A stretch of 64,000 bases of DNA, from NCBI RefSeq assembly GCF_009914755.1, contig NC_060926.1; one strand, given 5' to 3'. A program made the position numbers and the translations under genes. Of the stretch, positions 38,699-55,706 are shown in pieces. The stretch comes from the human T2T-CHM13v2.0 reference genome, Homo sapiens. The notes beneath the pieces are model-generated. The model made no database searches. It was given only the letters and a program-made list of their open reading frames with translations, and had not been told where the DNA came from. Numbering within the stretch: position 1 is the first letter of the stretch; every line of letters starts with the position of its first letter.

Positions 38699-41600
38699 TA
38701 ATTATATTATTCTAATTCTGCTTTCGAGAGTTGCTAATTTGTATTCTTAGTGAATAATACCTTCACTTCTATAAATACTACAAAGAGAAAAAAGGAAAAA
38801 AAGAAAAGGTTTTACGTTTTATTTCAGAAGACTGAATAATCCAGGTAAATAAGGTAATGAAATAAGTGAAAGTACACTGTAAATCTGTAATATATTATAA
38901 AAATGAAGTTTTCACTACTTAAATATTTGTTGAGGCACCTTTACTCTGAGCAAGGCATAACATTATCTAAAAGTCAGCTAGAGAGAGACCTTTTCCCTAA
39001 AGGACCACATTTTTAACAAGGACCTCAGGCTCAGTCAATTCTAAGGCAGGTGACCCTAGGACCACACCCTCAGTAATGCATTAGAAAAAGAGTTTAGAGC
39101 TTGGGAGAGAAAGTTGTCTCAACTGTCCATATAAAAATTATGATGGCCTGGATTAGAGCACAGGAATTAGAGCTAGAAAGAGAGATGAATAGTACATTAG
39201 TCTTTTGGGAGAGAGAACTGGCTGAAATTGAACACCGCCTGGATGTGAAGGAGGAAAGCCTGAATGTAGACCAGAAAGGCAGTTAAGGTTTGGAGTAGTC
39301 TCTAAAGAACATGGAAAAGGGAATTAAGTGGCAATGATGTTTTCTTACTGAACAAATAAGGATGGAGAAATATTTGAGAAAACTGGAAAACAAATTTATT
39401 GCTCAACTTTTTTATGACTTATAAACAGACTTTTAAAGAAAGAAAATATTTCTTTTTAGTGAGTTCTTAAATATTTTCTGTATTCAGAAATTCAAAAGAG
39501 ATCATGAAATTTATTTTCAATATGATCTTCCTATTTCAACATTTCTGTTATATAGTCTTCATAAATAAATGACTCCAAAGGATAGGTGAACCCTTCATGA
39601 GGGACTGGTTTGTTTTCACCTTATCTTATAGACAGTAAATTGCCCAATTAACTGGGTTTCCCACATTTCACTGAAAGCTAGGGTAAATATGTGGTTTAGC
39701 AGCCACATGTTTAGGTCTTAATGGGATGTGTTCTCAAGTCTTATTCCTGATTCAATTTTACTCATCCTGGCTTGACTTTTTCTTTTGTTGCTCCCATTTT
39801 TTAAATACTTGTAAGCTGATTTTTTTTTTTGGGAAAAGCAGTATATAATTATGTAAATACAGTATACCAGTCCACCAAAAGCTGATTAGCTGAATGATTT
39901 ATTTGCTAAGTTATTGATGACTATTTTTAAAGTTTTAGTATCACCAAGACTGGGATGCAGCAATTTCACATGGATTTACAGTCCTGTGCCACTAGATGCC
40001 CAGCTTCCCAAGTTAACATTTGAGATGCCTAGTACTGTCCTTCTTGAATGCTCAATGTTATGTAAGTGAATGGAAGGACTTTGCTCTTCTCATATTTTTC
40101 TGGACTGAGACCTCTATCTATCCCAGTCCTTGCCTCTGGTAGTAAAATATTTGTGGGGTATGTTTTAAATCTGGATTAAGGCAATTGGTCTGACAATTTA
40201 AGGCCTATTAGTCATTTGGTAGATTGATCATTTACCAAATTGATTTCTGGTTAAATAATTTTCAGTAAATTTAACCATAGCGTAAGTAAACAAAGTTAAT
40301 TTTTTCCTACCTTTCCTTTTGAAATTGTACTTTCAGAATCTTTTACTTCCCAATTTGTTTATATGAAACTTTTAGAATGTCACACCTAAAAGCAAATTGA
40401 TCTTAAAGACCTCTTATATGCATTTACATTACAGATGAGAGAATTAAGTTAGCTTCAGTGTAAGTAATGTAAGATATGAAATTACCCTTCTAGAACTAAA
40501 AAAATTCTTCGGGAATGAGCAAAGAAAGGGTATCAGATATTTGCGACGAAATTTGACAATTCACATAAAAAAATTAACATCATGAGAAAAAAATCAAAAT
40601 TTTGTTGGATTTCCTTATGCCTTTTCAATTTAGTATTATGTCTATTTCTAGCTACTTAATAGTGCCAGAGGTAGGCAGTGAAAGGGTGATAGATTATCAA
40701 CTTTATGACAGATATTCTTAAGTCACACTAGTCATATAGCTTATTATACCATACACTACATAGCACTTTAAAGATGTGAAAGAGTAAGAACCATGAGAAA
40801 AGGTGTCATCTATTAAAAACAAGTGAGAAAGATGTGGTTTGATACAACTGTTTCCACAATGCTGACTATGCTTTCTACTTACTCAAAGTATGTCATCCTC
40901 TAATAGTCAACGACTTTCAATATCTCCTCCTTCTATATCCTTGGATTCACACAGTTGTCCTCCTAGTATAGGCCTCGCCTAGCCACAAAAATCCTACCTG
41001 GTAGATTAGTGACATAAATTTCCGGACTTATAGATTTCTGGTACTGATCTTTCATGTTCTCAGTGTCCATTCGTGCCCACGGCTATGTTGCATTAGGTGT
41101 GACAGTTAACAGCAGAGCTGAATTAGAACTCTGGTTGTTGACTTCCAATCTTTTGTTCTTCACTTAATTCGAAATAATTACCAGCATTATAATTGTGCCA
41201 GAAACTGTGTGTTGCCCACCTTACTGTGAAGCCTCCTCTTACTCCTTATTAACAAAACCCTAATTTTTAGCTGGGCAGCATTGTGCCTACTGTTTTATCT
41301 TCCTCAGAGAATAAGCTTCTCTAAACCAACAATCATTTTTTTGTATTCTTCAGTTTCTCTATGAACATTAGTTTTTCTTCAAATTCAGGCTTTCAACTTC
41401 ATTTCTGTACTGAAAGGTGTGTTCACAATTTGCTCTATGGGAAAATGCCTTTAGGGGACATCTACTTACAGAAAAAACTGCCTGGCACATTAAGTATTTG
41501 CCACACATATTTACTGATTAAATGACTCAGAAAAAAAGGCTCTTTTCATTAAGAACTGTAGACATTTTACTTTTTATGGCTTATGCATTAAAAAGAAGAA

Positions 41601-42393
41601 ACACTGTACTTTTTTCTAAATGCAACATCTCGAAGAAAAAAAGCAACATTTTCAGAGTCATTTTAAACTTGCTTCTTCTTTGCATCTTTCAATTTTATGC
41701 TTTTTTTGGGCCTGGTAACAGTAGATATTCCATACTCTAATGGTTCTAAACCTCCTGGTTGAAAGAAATAAACTTAAGGTCTTTATGCTTAGATGTATAG
41801 CTTTCTACAATTCACAAAAAATGCTTTTCAAGGTAGATCATCATATATTTCAAAATAATACGTTATTAACAATTTATTTTGACGCCTTCCTCTAGTCCTA
41901 AGAAATATGTAAATACCTCTTACCTTAGTGTTATATTTAGGTAAATAAAAATAATGCTATTTTATTACCAAAATATGTCTAGCTCAACCTTATCTTCTTT
42001 TATTCTGACAATCAAACACAAAGTAAAATAAAAACAATGCCATTTATTCAACAATTTTTTTATAATGTGATGAAACAGAAGTCCGTAGGAAATTTATTTA
42101 CCTTACACCATTTTCAAAGGTGTTTCTTAAACTGCTAACAGAAATTCATTAAAAGGTAGCCAGCCAGTACAGCATAGGCTTATATAGAGTATTACAATTG
42201 TTTTGTTCCATGAAGTCTATCACTCCTCTAAAATCAAGATTTTTACAGAAGCTGGTAAGAAGTGTTTGAAAACTATCAATATGCTGAAAAGTAGCCGATG
42301 CTACAAATTCCTCACTACATCTGTGGACCAAAATAAATAAAACTGATAATGGATATATTAAGTGTATCTTATACCCTATTTCTTTCTTTACAT

Positions 42394-42692
42394 TTTTTTT
42401 TTTTTAATTAGAGACAGGGTCTCAATCTGTCACCTAGGCTGGAGTACAATGGCATGATCATAGTTCTCTGTAGTCTCAAACTCGTGGGCTAAAGCAGTCC
42501 TTCCACCTCAGCCTCCCAGGGAGGTGGGACTACAGGCATGCAGCACCATGCCCAGGTAATATTTTTATTTTTTGTGGAGATGGAGTCTTGATACATTGCT
42601 CAGGCTAGTCTTGAACTCCCGGACTTAAGCAATCCTCCTGTCTTGGCCTCCCAAAGTGTTGGGATTACAGGTATGAGCCACTGTGCTGGGCC
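42394..42692 (-). mobile_element. Alu (J-like)
   Basis: Diverged reverse dimer. Confidence 0.88.
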
Positions 42693-42969
42693 TTTTATCC
42701 CCGTTTCATTTGTAATCCTATTTTCTTGAATTAAGGGCATCTCCTTTTTTAAAGGTAATAATTACATTGTTGTCCTTCAGTAAATGATAAATTTATCTAA
42801 ATTTTAATAAATATAAGCTCACACACCTCTCATCTTATTGTACTATACAAAAGTTAATATTTTCAACAATTGCTTGCTGTTAATATTAATAAATACATAT
42901 ATAATCATATCTTAAGCCCAGAAATATCTTGAATCAAAAAATGATTAAGCAAAATATCCACGGTATTCA

Positions 42970-45251
<2,282 letters not shown>

Positions 45252-45881
45252 GCACTGTGTCCCTAAAAAAAGCATCAAACTACATGCTTAAAAACGATTT
45301 CATTTTATTGCATGTAAATATGCCACAATAACATTACTTTTTAAAGAAAAAAGTTTTTTCAATTATGGGCTTTTTTTCTTTAAAAATAATATTAGCAACA
45401 AAGAAATTCTTAAACATAAGAAAAATTAAAGATTTTATCTTTTCTGAAATAAAATACTGATAGGCTGTTGCTTCTCTTTCAGATTTATCACAGGTTGCTG
45501 TATAGACTTTGGGGGTGAGGGGACTTGTTTTTGTTTTCAATTAGCTTTTTTACTTCTTTAGTATTTAATGTTGAGCTGAATGGCCTTTTATGTAAATTAT
45601 ACTACTGGAAGGAATAAATCATTATCTCAATAAACTAGAGAAAAACCCAGAATTCTGCAATGCAGGTATTATCTTCTAGCAGAAAGTATTATCTCCTAAA
45701 TTTTATATATAATATATGGAGAACTGGAATTCTGCTGATGCAATTTTTGTTATGTGTTAAGTAAAATTAGAACATATAGAACTAACGTTGGGGGTTTTGG
45801 GATATGTTTTAAGATTAAAAAATGATGAAAAAAATATACTTCCCAGGAAAATGTTTTAATAGGAGAGTGATTAAGAATAGA

Positions 45882-46206
45882 GCTGTCCCTTAGTATCCAG
45901 GACCTCCCTCTATGAATACCAGTATCTGCAGATATTCAAGTCCCTGAATAAAAATAACACAGTATTGGCATATAACCTATACCTATACTCCTATATACTT
46001 TAAATCATCACCAGATTACTTATAATAGTAAACACAATGTAAATGTTATGCAAATAGTTGTTACATCATATTGTTTAGAAAATAATGACAAGGAAAAATG
46101 TCTGTACATGTTGACTACAGATACATTTTTTTTTCCTGAGAATTTTCAATCCACAATTGCTTCAATCCGCAAATGCAGAAAACACAGATATGGAGGGCTG
46201 ACTGTA
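45882..46206. mobile_element. MER2-like (Tigger family) element
   Basis: gctgtcccttagtatcc ... gatatggagggctgactgta inverted ends; tactttaaatcatcaccagattacttata internal motif. Confidence 0.75.
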
Positions 46207-46393
46207 CTAATGAATCCACAAATACAGCATTTCATTTGCTATCAAACATCACAATAGATACATGAAGCTTGGAAAACTGTAGTGGCAACATTTAAGATCA
46301 TTTTGTACAATCTCCATGCATTTGGAAAACTATGAATTCTCAGTTTTATTGAATTACAAAGAATAGGGGTATTTAGTTTTAAAAGACAGGAAA

Positions 46394-46698
46394 TTGTTTT
46401 TCTGTTGTTGTTTTTTTAGATGGAGTCTCACTCTGTCGCCCAGGCTGGAGTGCAGTGGCCTGATCTCGGCTCACTGCAACCTCCACCTCCCAGGTTCAAG
46501 CAATTCTCCCTGCCTCAGCCTCCTGAGTAGCTGGACTACAGGTGCCCACCACCATGCCCAGCTAATTTTTGTATTTTTAGTAGAGAAGGGGTTTTGCCAT
46601 GTTGGCTAGGCTGGTCTTGAACTCCGGAGCTCAAGTGATCCGCCTGCCTCAGCCTCCCAAAGTGCTGGGGTTACAGGCGTGAGCCACAATGCCCGGCC
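46394..46698 (-). mobile_element. Alu (S-like)
   Basis: Reverse dimer. Confidence 0.92.
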
Positions 46699-49158
46699 TG
46701 TTTTTCACATTATATACATAAAACAAGCAAATTTTAGAAAAGACACAACATGCAAAAAATGTAGAAAGCAAAAAAAATCCTTTGTTATCACCATTACATC
46801 CATCATTAGTTTTGACACATTTCCTTCTAGTCTTTTAATATCCAGTTTTTTAAACATGTTTCATCATCAAACCACTTACACAATTTGCATAAAAGCAGAT
46901 ATATTGTAAATACGTATGATCATCACTGCATGGTAGCAGTAGCTTTGTGTCACACTATATTTTACATCTTCTACAAAATTTAGGGTGATCAAAATTATTT
47001 CACATCATAATTACTATAACAAAATTATATAATCTTGGTTTTCAGAGAACATTCTTATATAATGATATACATTTCCAGTTAACCATATGCTTAAACCTAT
47101 TAATCACACAATCCAGTATATAAAAATGTACATGGTTTTATAACTATATGCATCTCTAATTAATTAACTAGAACACTTTTTTGGATGACTTACCTTTAAT
47201 TGTTGTTTTCTAAAAGTATCCTGAATTCCTGTGTACTAATTTTGGTTTTAGCTAAAAGAAATGCTCTCAAAATTACGAATGTTTTCCCCTAGCATTCTGC
47301 TGAAATGTTGGCAGCTTAACATATTTGGCTTTAGTAATTCATCCTATTTCCTTGATTGGAATTGATCTCAACAAGACAGTATGCATTTGGAAAACACTGA
47401 TTATATTTAATAAAAAGTGAATGCATGTCAAGGAACATTCTACTCTGTGTAATGAGGCTTTATAGATTAGGTCTAATTATCACTGATATAAAACTAAAAA
47501 TCCTTTATATGCTAAATAGCAATTAGCTTTCCTCTCCGAACAAAAATCTAGTGAACTTAAAATCACAAAGACATCTTTGGCATAAATAATACAAGTAAGA
47601 ATCTGATAACATGAAACAAAGACTTTTAAAACGATTAAAGTTTCTAATATGTTTTATGACTTTAAAACTGATATCGTGTATACAGAATGTGTAACACTGT
47701 GGTTCACTAAAATTCTAAGAATCTGGTGACAGATTTAGTCTAAGTCAAAATCTTTAGTTTTTAAAAAAATAGAAAACCCTAGAATATATTTCCATATATT
47801 TCTATAAATCTCAGATAAACCCATTTTGACATTTTAGAACTACCAATAAAGAGACAGGTAGATCTGGACATAACTTCTTTCTTTAAAAGTCATGGACTAC
47901 AATAGAAAATAGGTTACATGATGTATGCAAAAGATTACTTTTTCAGAAACCTTGAGTTCTAGTTATGTCTCAGCCTTGTGTGTGACCTTAAAAAATTCCT
48001 TTAAGCTTCCAAACTCAAAATAAACCTCTTACAGAATGAGGGAGACCTTTTCCATTTCAAAATTATAAAATTAAAGGGTAAGATAGGATAGAAAAGCTCC
48101 CTATTCACAAAGAAAATATTAATTGCCAAAAAACTTTTCTATGCATTATAATGGGACAGAAGAGAGAGAGGTTCAAGGAAGAAGGAAAATATCAACTTCA
48201 GCTGGCTGAGCATTTTAGCCTTTTGAAACATTTTTATGCATATGATCTCATTTTAATCTTGCCATAATCCTATGAGACAAGAAGTGTAATTATAATCGTT
48301 TCTATTTGGCAGATAACAAAGTGGATGGAAAAGGGGGCATTATTTTGTTATTGTTCAGAATTACAAGAGTATTTCACGGATTAACAAGAATCTAGGTCTC
48401 ATCACTCCTTAACTGGGACCCCTTTCAATGCAGCTAAAGGGAATAATAAGCACATGCAGCTGAATACAACTAAGGAACAAAGGGAAAGCATTAAAGAAAA
48501 CATACAGGAAATGAGATCTCCTTGGTGGGTTCTTTTTGCTGACTGGTGAGGATGTGTACTTAACACTGTAAGCTCAAAGGGAGCTGTGGTGATATGTTCA
48601 GAAATGTGTACCACTTAATGTAAAAACTGAATTTCTGCAAAAACCAGAAATTTCATTCACCTAATTTTAAGAAATGACAAAAAAAAACTTATCAAACTTG
48701 TGAAAATGCATCATATAGCGTGGCATAATCAAATGGACAAGATTCTTCCAAAACACTAGGGCATACATATCCTCTTTTGGACTGACTTATAATAATAGGG
48801 TCTTCATATTCAAATTAGTTTTTAAAACTAGCTGTACTTTTCAGAAAACTAATGTTTTCCTATATTTCATATGAAGATGCAGATGCTTTTATACCTATAT
48901 AAACTGTAAAGTTATTGGTTGAATTAATAAACAGAAAAAATTTACTTAAATATGAAAAAGATACCTATTATGTCAAAGCTCCTTGTTACTGAAACATAGT
49001 TAATTGAGGCCTTAATGAGTGCTTACCACAAAGTTATATGTATAGCCATATGAACTAATTAAAGAAAGGCAATGCTCCAGAGTGTAGTGAAATTTACTTC
49101 ATTTAGGTTATGGTACTACTTTTTGGTTCAAAGACTATACTTTTTAAAAAGTGGATAC

Positions 49159-49260
49159 CTGCGGTCCATCTCTGGCTTCATAGAAGTCACCCACTCTTAT
49201 TTTTGCACTGAAGCTGAAATTGTCCCTTGAGATATCCATTATTCCATTTCTGCTGAGATA
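49159..49260 (-). CDS. BAZ2B: BAZ2B exon W7 (102 nt, phase 0-0), YLSRNGIMDISRDNFSFSAKIRVGDFYEARDGPQ
   Basis: Translated by hand; MBD C-terminal YL...F.F motif; acceptor tttttcag|TAT, donor CAG|gtatcc. Confidence 0.92.
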
Positions 49261-49528
49261 CTGAAAAAATCACATATTTTTCCACTTCAGGTTTTAATAA
49301 TTACAACCCAGCTTTGATGTATAGCTAGCTTCAGGACACTAATGTTTTGCATATTCTATCAAGGGGCTCTAAATTTATAGGAGATCAATTTAGGTTAAGT
49401 ACAATAGTCCCATACAAGAGAATATTTAGTATCAAGGAACTTTATCTGAGAAAGGAGTACACTTTTTTTTTGTACATGATCATGCTTAATAGGCACCAAA
49501 TGTACATTATTTGGTGAAAAGTATGTAC

Positions 49529-49637
49529 CTTTATTACTTCAGGGTACTGCCTAAGTTTCTTTCCACATGGAGCATAATATGCTACTTCTCCTTGAAGGCG
49601 CCCTCCAAAGTTTCTTATTCTTGTCTCTCTCTGCCAG
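49529..49637 (-). CDS. BAZ2B: BAZ2B exon W6 (109 nt, phase 2-0), WQRETRIRN...YYAPCGKKLRQYPEVIK, MBD/TAM core
   Basis: MBD-family GW.RE...YYAPCGKKLR signature in ORF 49442-49780; acceptor tgtgtag|C, donor AAG|gtacat. Confidence 0.95.
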
Positions 49638-50417
49638 CTACACATAACAGAAATGAAGGTTATGACATACTTAATTTCAAGAAAGCTTTTAAAAATTAAA
49701 AATAAGTTAAAGTATACATGTTCTCTAGAAAACATAAAAAATGAAAACAAAAATAAACTCCTCAAACAACCCAAATACATTAACTCTCAAAATTATTTAG
49801 ATTTTTAGCTAATTCAACTAGAAAATTAATTATTCAATTTATATATTAAACTCCATCAAAATTTTTAGAAATCATACTTGATTACTTTGGGTACTCTGAC
49901 ATTTCAGTAACATGTTAATGTGTACTGATTTTTTACATCTGAAAAGCTTTAAGGGAGGAGTAAAGTAAACCTGGCTCTCTGCTGCTTGGGGTTCACGTAC
50001 ATCCAGTCTAAAAGCTGTCATTTCTAATTAAACCATTTTAGCCAAACTCTGGTTGAGTCCCTCAATTTTGACCAAAGTGGCTTTTACTGTCCTTTAATTC
50101 TATCTTCACAAAAACTTCTCACAGTCTCATGTACTCCTGCCCTTTGCCATCTGATTTGCTCTTGGTTCTTTTTCAGTCACGTTCCTACTTGGCTGTATCA
50201 TCCCACCCCAGCTCTGCCATACCTCCAGGAAACAGGATTAATTTCAGTTTTCTGATATACCAAATTCCTTGCCCTTTGCTCCGGCTCTTCTGCTCTAATA
50301 AATACTATGCAGCTATGTACTTCTTCTATTAATTGTAGAGAATGAGAAATCAAGTATACATCAAACTTGCATAAATATATGGGGGAAAAAGAAAAAGGAA
50401 AACCTTATTTTGCATAC

Positions 50418-50478
50418 CCATATTCCAATGGAATACGCAGTTCACGTTCATCTGTTACTCTTCTTCTTTTGGAAGTGC
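50418..50478 (-). CDS. BAZ2B: BAZ2B exon W5 (61 nt, phase 1-2), (G)TSKRRRVTDERELRIPLEY(G), start of MBD/TAM domain
   Basis: Translated by hand; acceptor tttaaag|GC, donor TGG|gtatgc; phases join W4 and W6. Confidence 0.92.
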
Positions 50479-51362
50479 CTTTAAAAAAATTCAATTGGTT
50501 AATATAAAACATTCATTAATATAAATAATAATATTGATAGTTTAGAAACTTTTCTTTAAAAAAGTATATGTTAATAACTTGGATTTAGTGTATTTCTGTA
50601 ATTTATACATTATTTTTAGATGGTTTTCAATAAAACACTGTATAAGGCAGGGGGCTTTTTTCTTCTTTTGGGTCTGAATGACAGGATAACTAGTTTTTCT
50701 CTCTAAAGAAAATACAATCCAAGGTAAAAATATACACCTTTCCTCTCATTTTATTATTAAAGAAATGGCTAGAGAAGCAGGAGAGAAATAGAGGTTTCAG
50801 AAAATCTATTTAAACTGTTGACTTTGAAAATAGGAGTTTTTGGATGCTGAAAAATTTCAACAGCTGGCTCATATATTTAAAGACGATTTAATTTCTATGT
50901 CCATATAAATCCATAGTCAAAAACACTACCAGGTCTTTTAATTAACCTAAGCCACCAAGGAACAGGATTATGATTTTATGTAAAAATTTTCTAAGACCGA
51001 GATCAAGTTTCACAAACACAAATAAGTTCATCTAAAATTAGTAGGCTATCATATTGGTATGTGGTAAATGAAAGTAAAGCTAGAAACTGACAAGAGGAGA
51101 GTGAAATAAGTAAAACAACAAAATATTTTACTATATACATCTATATTTTCTTAGACATTGAATGAGAACTGAGAGTAGTTGTGGAATATTAAGTGTATAA
51201 ATGTTTAATGAAGACCTCTAGGAATTTATAAAAAGTCAAATGGGAAAAAAAAGGACATGGCACGTTAATGGAATAAGAATGCTACTCTCTAATAGAAAAG
51301 ACACTGGCTATATATTGGGCAGATAGCATCTTAAGTAACCAAGTGAGCTTTTTTATAAAGTA

Positions 51363-51774
51363 CAGTTGGCCCTTGAACAATATGGGTTTGAACTGTGTGA
51401 GTCCACTTATATTCAGATTTTCCTCCGCCTCTGCCACCCATGAAACAGCAAGACCAATCCTTCTCCTCCTCAGCCTGTTCAACATGAAGATGAGAATGAA
51501 GATCTTTATAATGATCCACTTCCAGGTAATGAAGAGTCAATATATTTCCTCTTGCTTATGATTTTCTTACTAACATTTTTCTTTTCTCTTTATTGTAAGA
51601 ATACAGTATATAACACATACAACATACGTTAATTGACTATTCATGTTATCAGTAAGGCTTCTGGTCAATAGTAGGCTAACAGTTAAGTTTTTGAGGAGCC
51701 AAAAGTTAGATGTAGATTTTCGATTGTGTGTGGGGCCAGTGCCCCTAAATCCTGCGTTGTTCAAGGGTCAACTG
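51363..51774. mobile_element. Tigger2a-like non-autonomous DNA transposon with TIRs and TA TSD
   Basis: ta-cagttggcccttgaacaa ... ttgttcaagggtcaactg-ta. Confidence 0.9.
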
Positions 51775-52080
51775 TACAAAAAAGTCCAACTGTCAATTAA
51801 ATTCTATATTCTAGAAGCACAAACTGAACACAAAAGCAGAAAGGTTCAAAACCAAAGGAACTATCATCAATCAGATCCTTAAACTGGAAACTCGGGGGGA
51901 AAAAAAAGACCAGGTAATGAGTCATATCCTTTGAAAATACAGGCTCACCTTCCTTAGCCAACCTAAAATCTAACTTTAATCTTGATTCCAGTGAGATCAT
52001 CTCCAGAACACTCTTATCAATAAAAATTCTTGCTATGGTTTGACTTCTACTTTAGAATAATAAAAATAAAGTGTAGGTAC

Positions 52081-52374
52081 CAGAGTGTGGGCTTGAAGTA
52101 AGTGTGGAAGAAGATGTACCAAGAAAAGCAGGTGACTGGGATTCAGAACATAAGGCAGCAGGAGCAGAGCCTGGGGCTTTTGCTATGTGGAGGTTACGAG
52201 GTGTTGAGTGACCTGTGAGACTCATGGAAGGGCTTTTGACAGAGGAAGTTGTTTTATTCAGTTTCATTGAAGTTTTCTCTCCTTCAGTATCACTATCTGA
52301 TTCATCTTGGTCTTTATCATCATCATCTTCTTCTTCTGATCCTTCTGTATCTGATTCTGAATTACTATCTGATT
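52081..52374 (-). CDS. BAZ2B: BAZ2B exon W4 (294 nt, phase 1-1), (E)SDSNSES...SSPHS(G)
   Basis: ORF 52052-52267 plus upstream acidic codons; acceptor ttcccag|AA, donor CTG|gtacct. Confidence 0.93.
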
Positions 52375-53972
52375 CTGGGAAGTAAAAGAAGCATTTGTAT
52401 ATTATAACTAGATAATCACCAATAATTTGCAGTTTGTATCTAAATGGACTAGCTCAGGAACCAGCACCTGTGAATGAGAACTCAAATGAGCAATTTTCCT
52501 ACAGAGTAAATGTTATAAGCTATTTGAGAACAGTGTATTTAGGCTATCAATCTTCAAAAACAATTTTTTAAGTGTAAGTTTTACTCAACACTTTAAACAG
52601 TTCTCATGTGACACTATTCACATGATGAGTTCTGCTTAATGGCATCAAAATAATTTTTTATTTAACAGAGAAACTAAAGTAAAAGAGGGGATTAAATTGA
52701 CTGTTCAAATGAACAGATTCCAATGGCTTATGAAGTACAGTAAGTCAAATATGAGAAAGAGAAATCTGAAACTACCAGCATACTTCCATTTGGGCTTTGG
52801 AGTAAAAGAAGACAATTTTCAACAGGAGATTCTTGGTCTTTTGGCTGCAGTTTTTCTATTTACATACAAGACTTCATCAGGCTTTTCAGGCCTCTCAAAA
52901 AACCAGGCTTACAGAAATAATTATAGTAGGATAATTCAATAATTTAAGTTTGTTCTAGCTACGTAGTTCTATGTATGATGCATCCATTCCTCTACATATG
53001 TAAAATCTATTACTAGATTAAACTTGATAAACACAGGAGTGATACTTAGACTTTCCTCATAGTTCACGGTACAATAGCTTCTGTGGAATTCTGGTTTGTG
53101 TTATACCATTTGCCTATATTGAAATTCATTATAAAAGTTAGTTTTGAAAGTTATGAATATTGATATTTATGATCTATCATACAAAGTTGTTTTATGGAAA
53201 CCCCAGGAAGAGTGGTTTTACCCTGAGCACGAAGTTTGTTTTTAACTTACAGACACTTTAAATTGTACAGCTGAGTATATTTTCCTATTCATATTAGCTG
53301 CTAAAAAAAATTAGTTGAATCTGTAGTTGACCAGTAACAAATCCACAAACATTTATAATATGTATTTCATTTTTGTATTCGCAATTTAAGCTCTCTTGTA
53401 TTTTATGTTTTCAGTCTTCTGTGGAATGAGGAGAGGGAAGGAAAATAAAAATGCAAAGAAGTTAACCCTAGACCCAGCAAAAAGAAAAAAAAAAGTGACT
53501 CAAAATTAAATCAGAGAGTCCTCTATATGTTATTTAACAAATTTTCTGTTATTGATGAACATTCATAGAGATTTAGGTTTTTGGTACTTTCTGAATGACG
53601 ACTATAATTTTATCTGTGTTCAAAACAGCTGGTGATGCATTTTAACAAGTAGCAGAAGAAATGAAAAAAGAGTGGTCCTGAATGAAATAAAAATTAAGCA
53701 AGTTGATGAAATTATGTCTTAATTTATGCATCATTTGTATTCACCCTAAAGTGATTATTTGTTTAATGTCAAATGAATAACAAGCTGAGAATCTGACTTA
53801 GGATTTCCAGTATCAATTACTCCTGTATTTTATGAGCTCATTATAGAAATGCACAAAGTTGTGTGAAACATAGTAAATGACGCTGATTTTAAGTCTGAAT
53901 TAAGAAACCCTTTAAAATGTTTGGTTCACATAGCATTTAGAGAAATACTTTAAATTTTAAAATGAAAATAAC

Positions 53973-54579
53973 CTGATTGGCTGTCATCAGATTCATCATC
54001 TTCATCATCTTCCTCATCTTCTTCTTCATCATCTTCCTCTTCATCCTCATTTGAATCTTCAGAATCTTTACTACTGGGAATGTCTGAATCTGTTCCTCTG
54101 AATTGTTCCACTAAAGATTTTGCAGGATGGGAGTGATGCTGTGTTTTTACTGGGTTTACATTATTGCTAACTGCTTTTTCCTTCCCTTGACTATGCAGGA
54201 TGGGAGAGGCAGAGGGCATTACAGGTGTCTGATTGCCAGGGGTTCTTCTCCCACTTGTACTCAGATTTACAGGTGAGGAAAAAGGGGTGCTACTTGCAGC
54301 AGCAATGTTTTCATTAATCTTGCTCTGCATTTTAGTTTTGGTAGTAAGTGCTAGAGGAGCTTCTTGAATGACACTTTGAATAACTCCATTTGGTTGGTGA
54401 TTACCTAAAAGTGCATTTGTCAAGAATGGATTTGGGTGGTTGTTTTCTAATGTTTGTTTTGGATGTGCTGGTGAACTAGAGGTTGCTTTTGGATTTGACA
54501 AAGCTGCAATAACCTTCTTCAGGCTCTTCGATGACTCTTGTTTCTTTAACTGTGATGGGAATGCCTGTTTATATTGTTC
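53973..54579 (-). CDS. BAZ2B: BAZ2B exon W3 (607 nt, phase 0-1), EQYKQAF...DDESDDSQS
   Basis: ORF 53950-54591; acceptor tttcaacag|GAA, donor CAG|gttatt. Confidence 0.95.
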
Positions 54580-55019
54580 CTGTTGAAACATAAGTTAAAA
54601 AACACAACAAAATGTACCACAAAACAAAGATTGCTTTTATTTGCTTTCAATATCTGAAAACAAATTATAGCTATTATATCATATATAAATTTAAATCATG
54701 ATATACAAATGCTGTAAAAGTAGCAACAGCTATGACTAGTTGGTTGCTACATTTTGGCTCTAATTTATTAAAATTTATTTAGTTTTTCCCCATTAAAAAT
54801 TATATGCCTTTTGACTAGCCTCCCCTCTTTACTGTTGCTTCCATTTTCACAATAATCCAAACTTAAAACCATTTTCTTTGCATGAAATAGCCTCCTCTTA
54901 GAAATTTCAAGCTGACAAAATACTGTTTATTCTTCAAGATCCAAACCAAGAAGCTTTCCAAATTTCCCAGCCAGAAGCATTCTTTGCCTCTTTCCTTTGA
55001 GCTCTTTTACCTCTTTATA

Positions 55020-55706
<687 letters not shown>

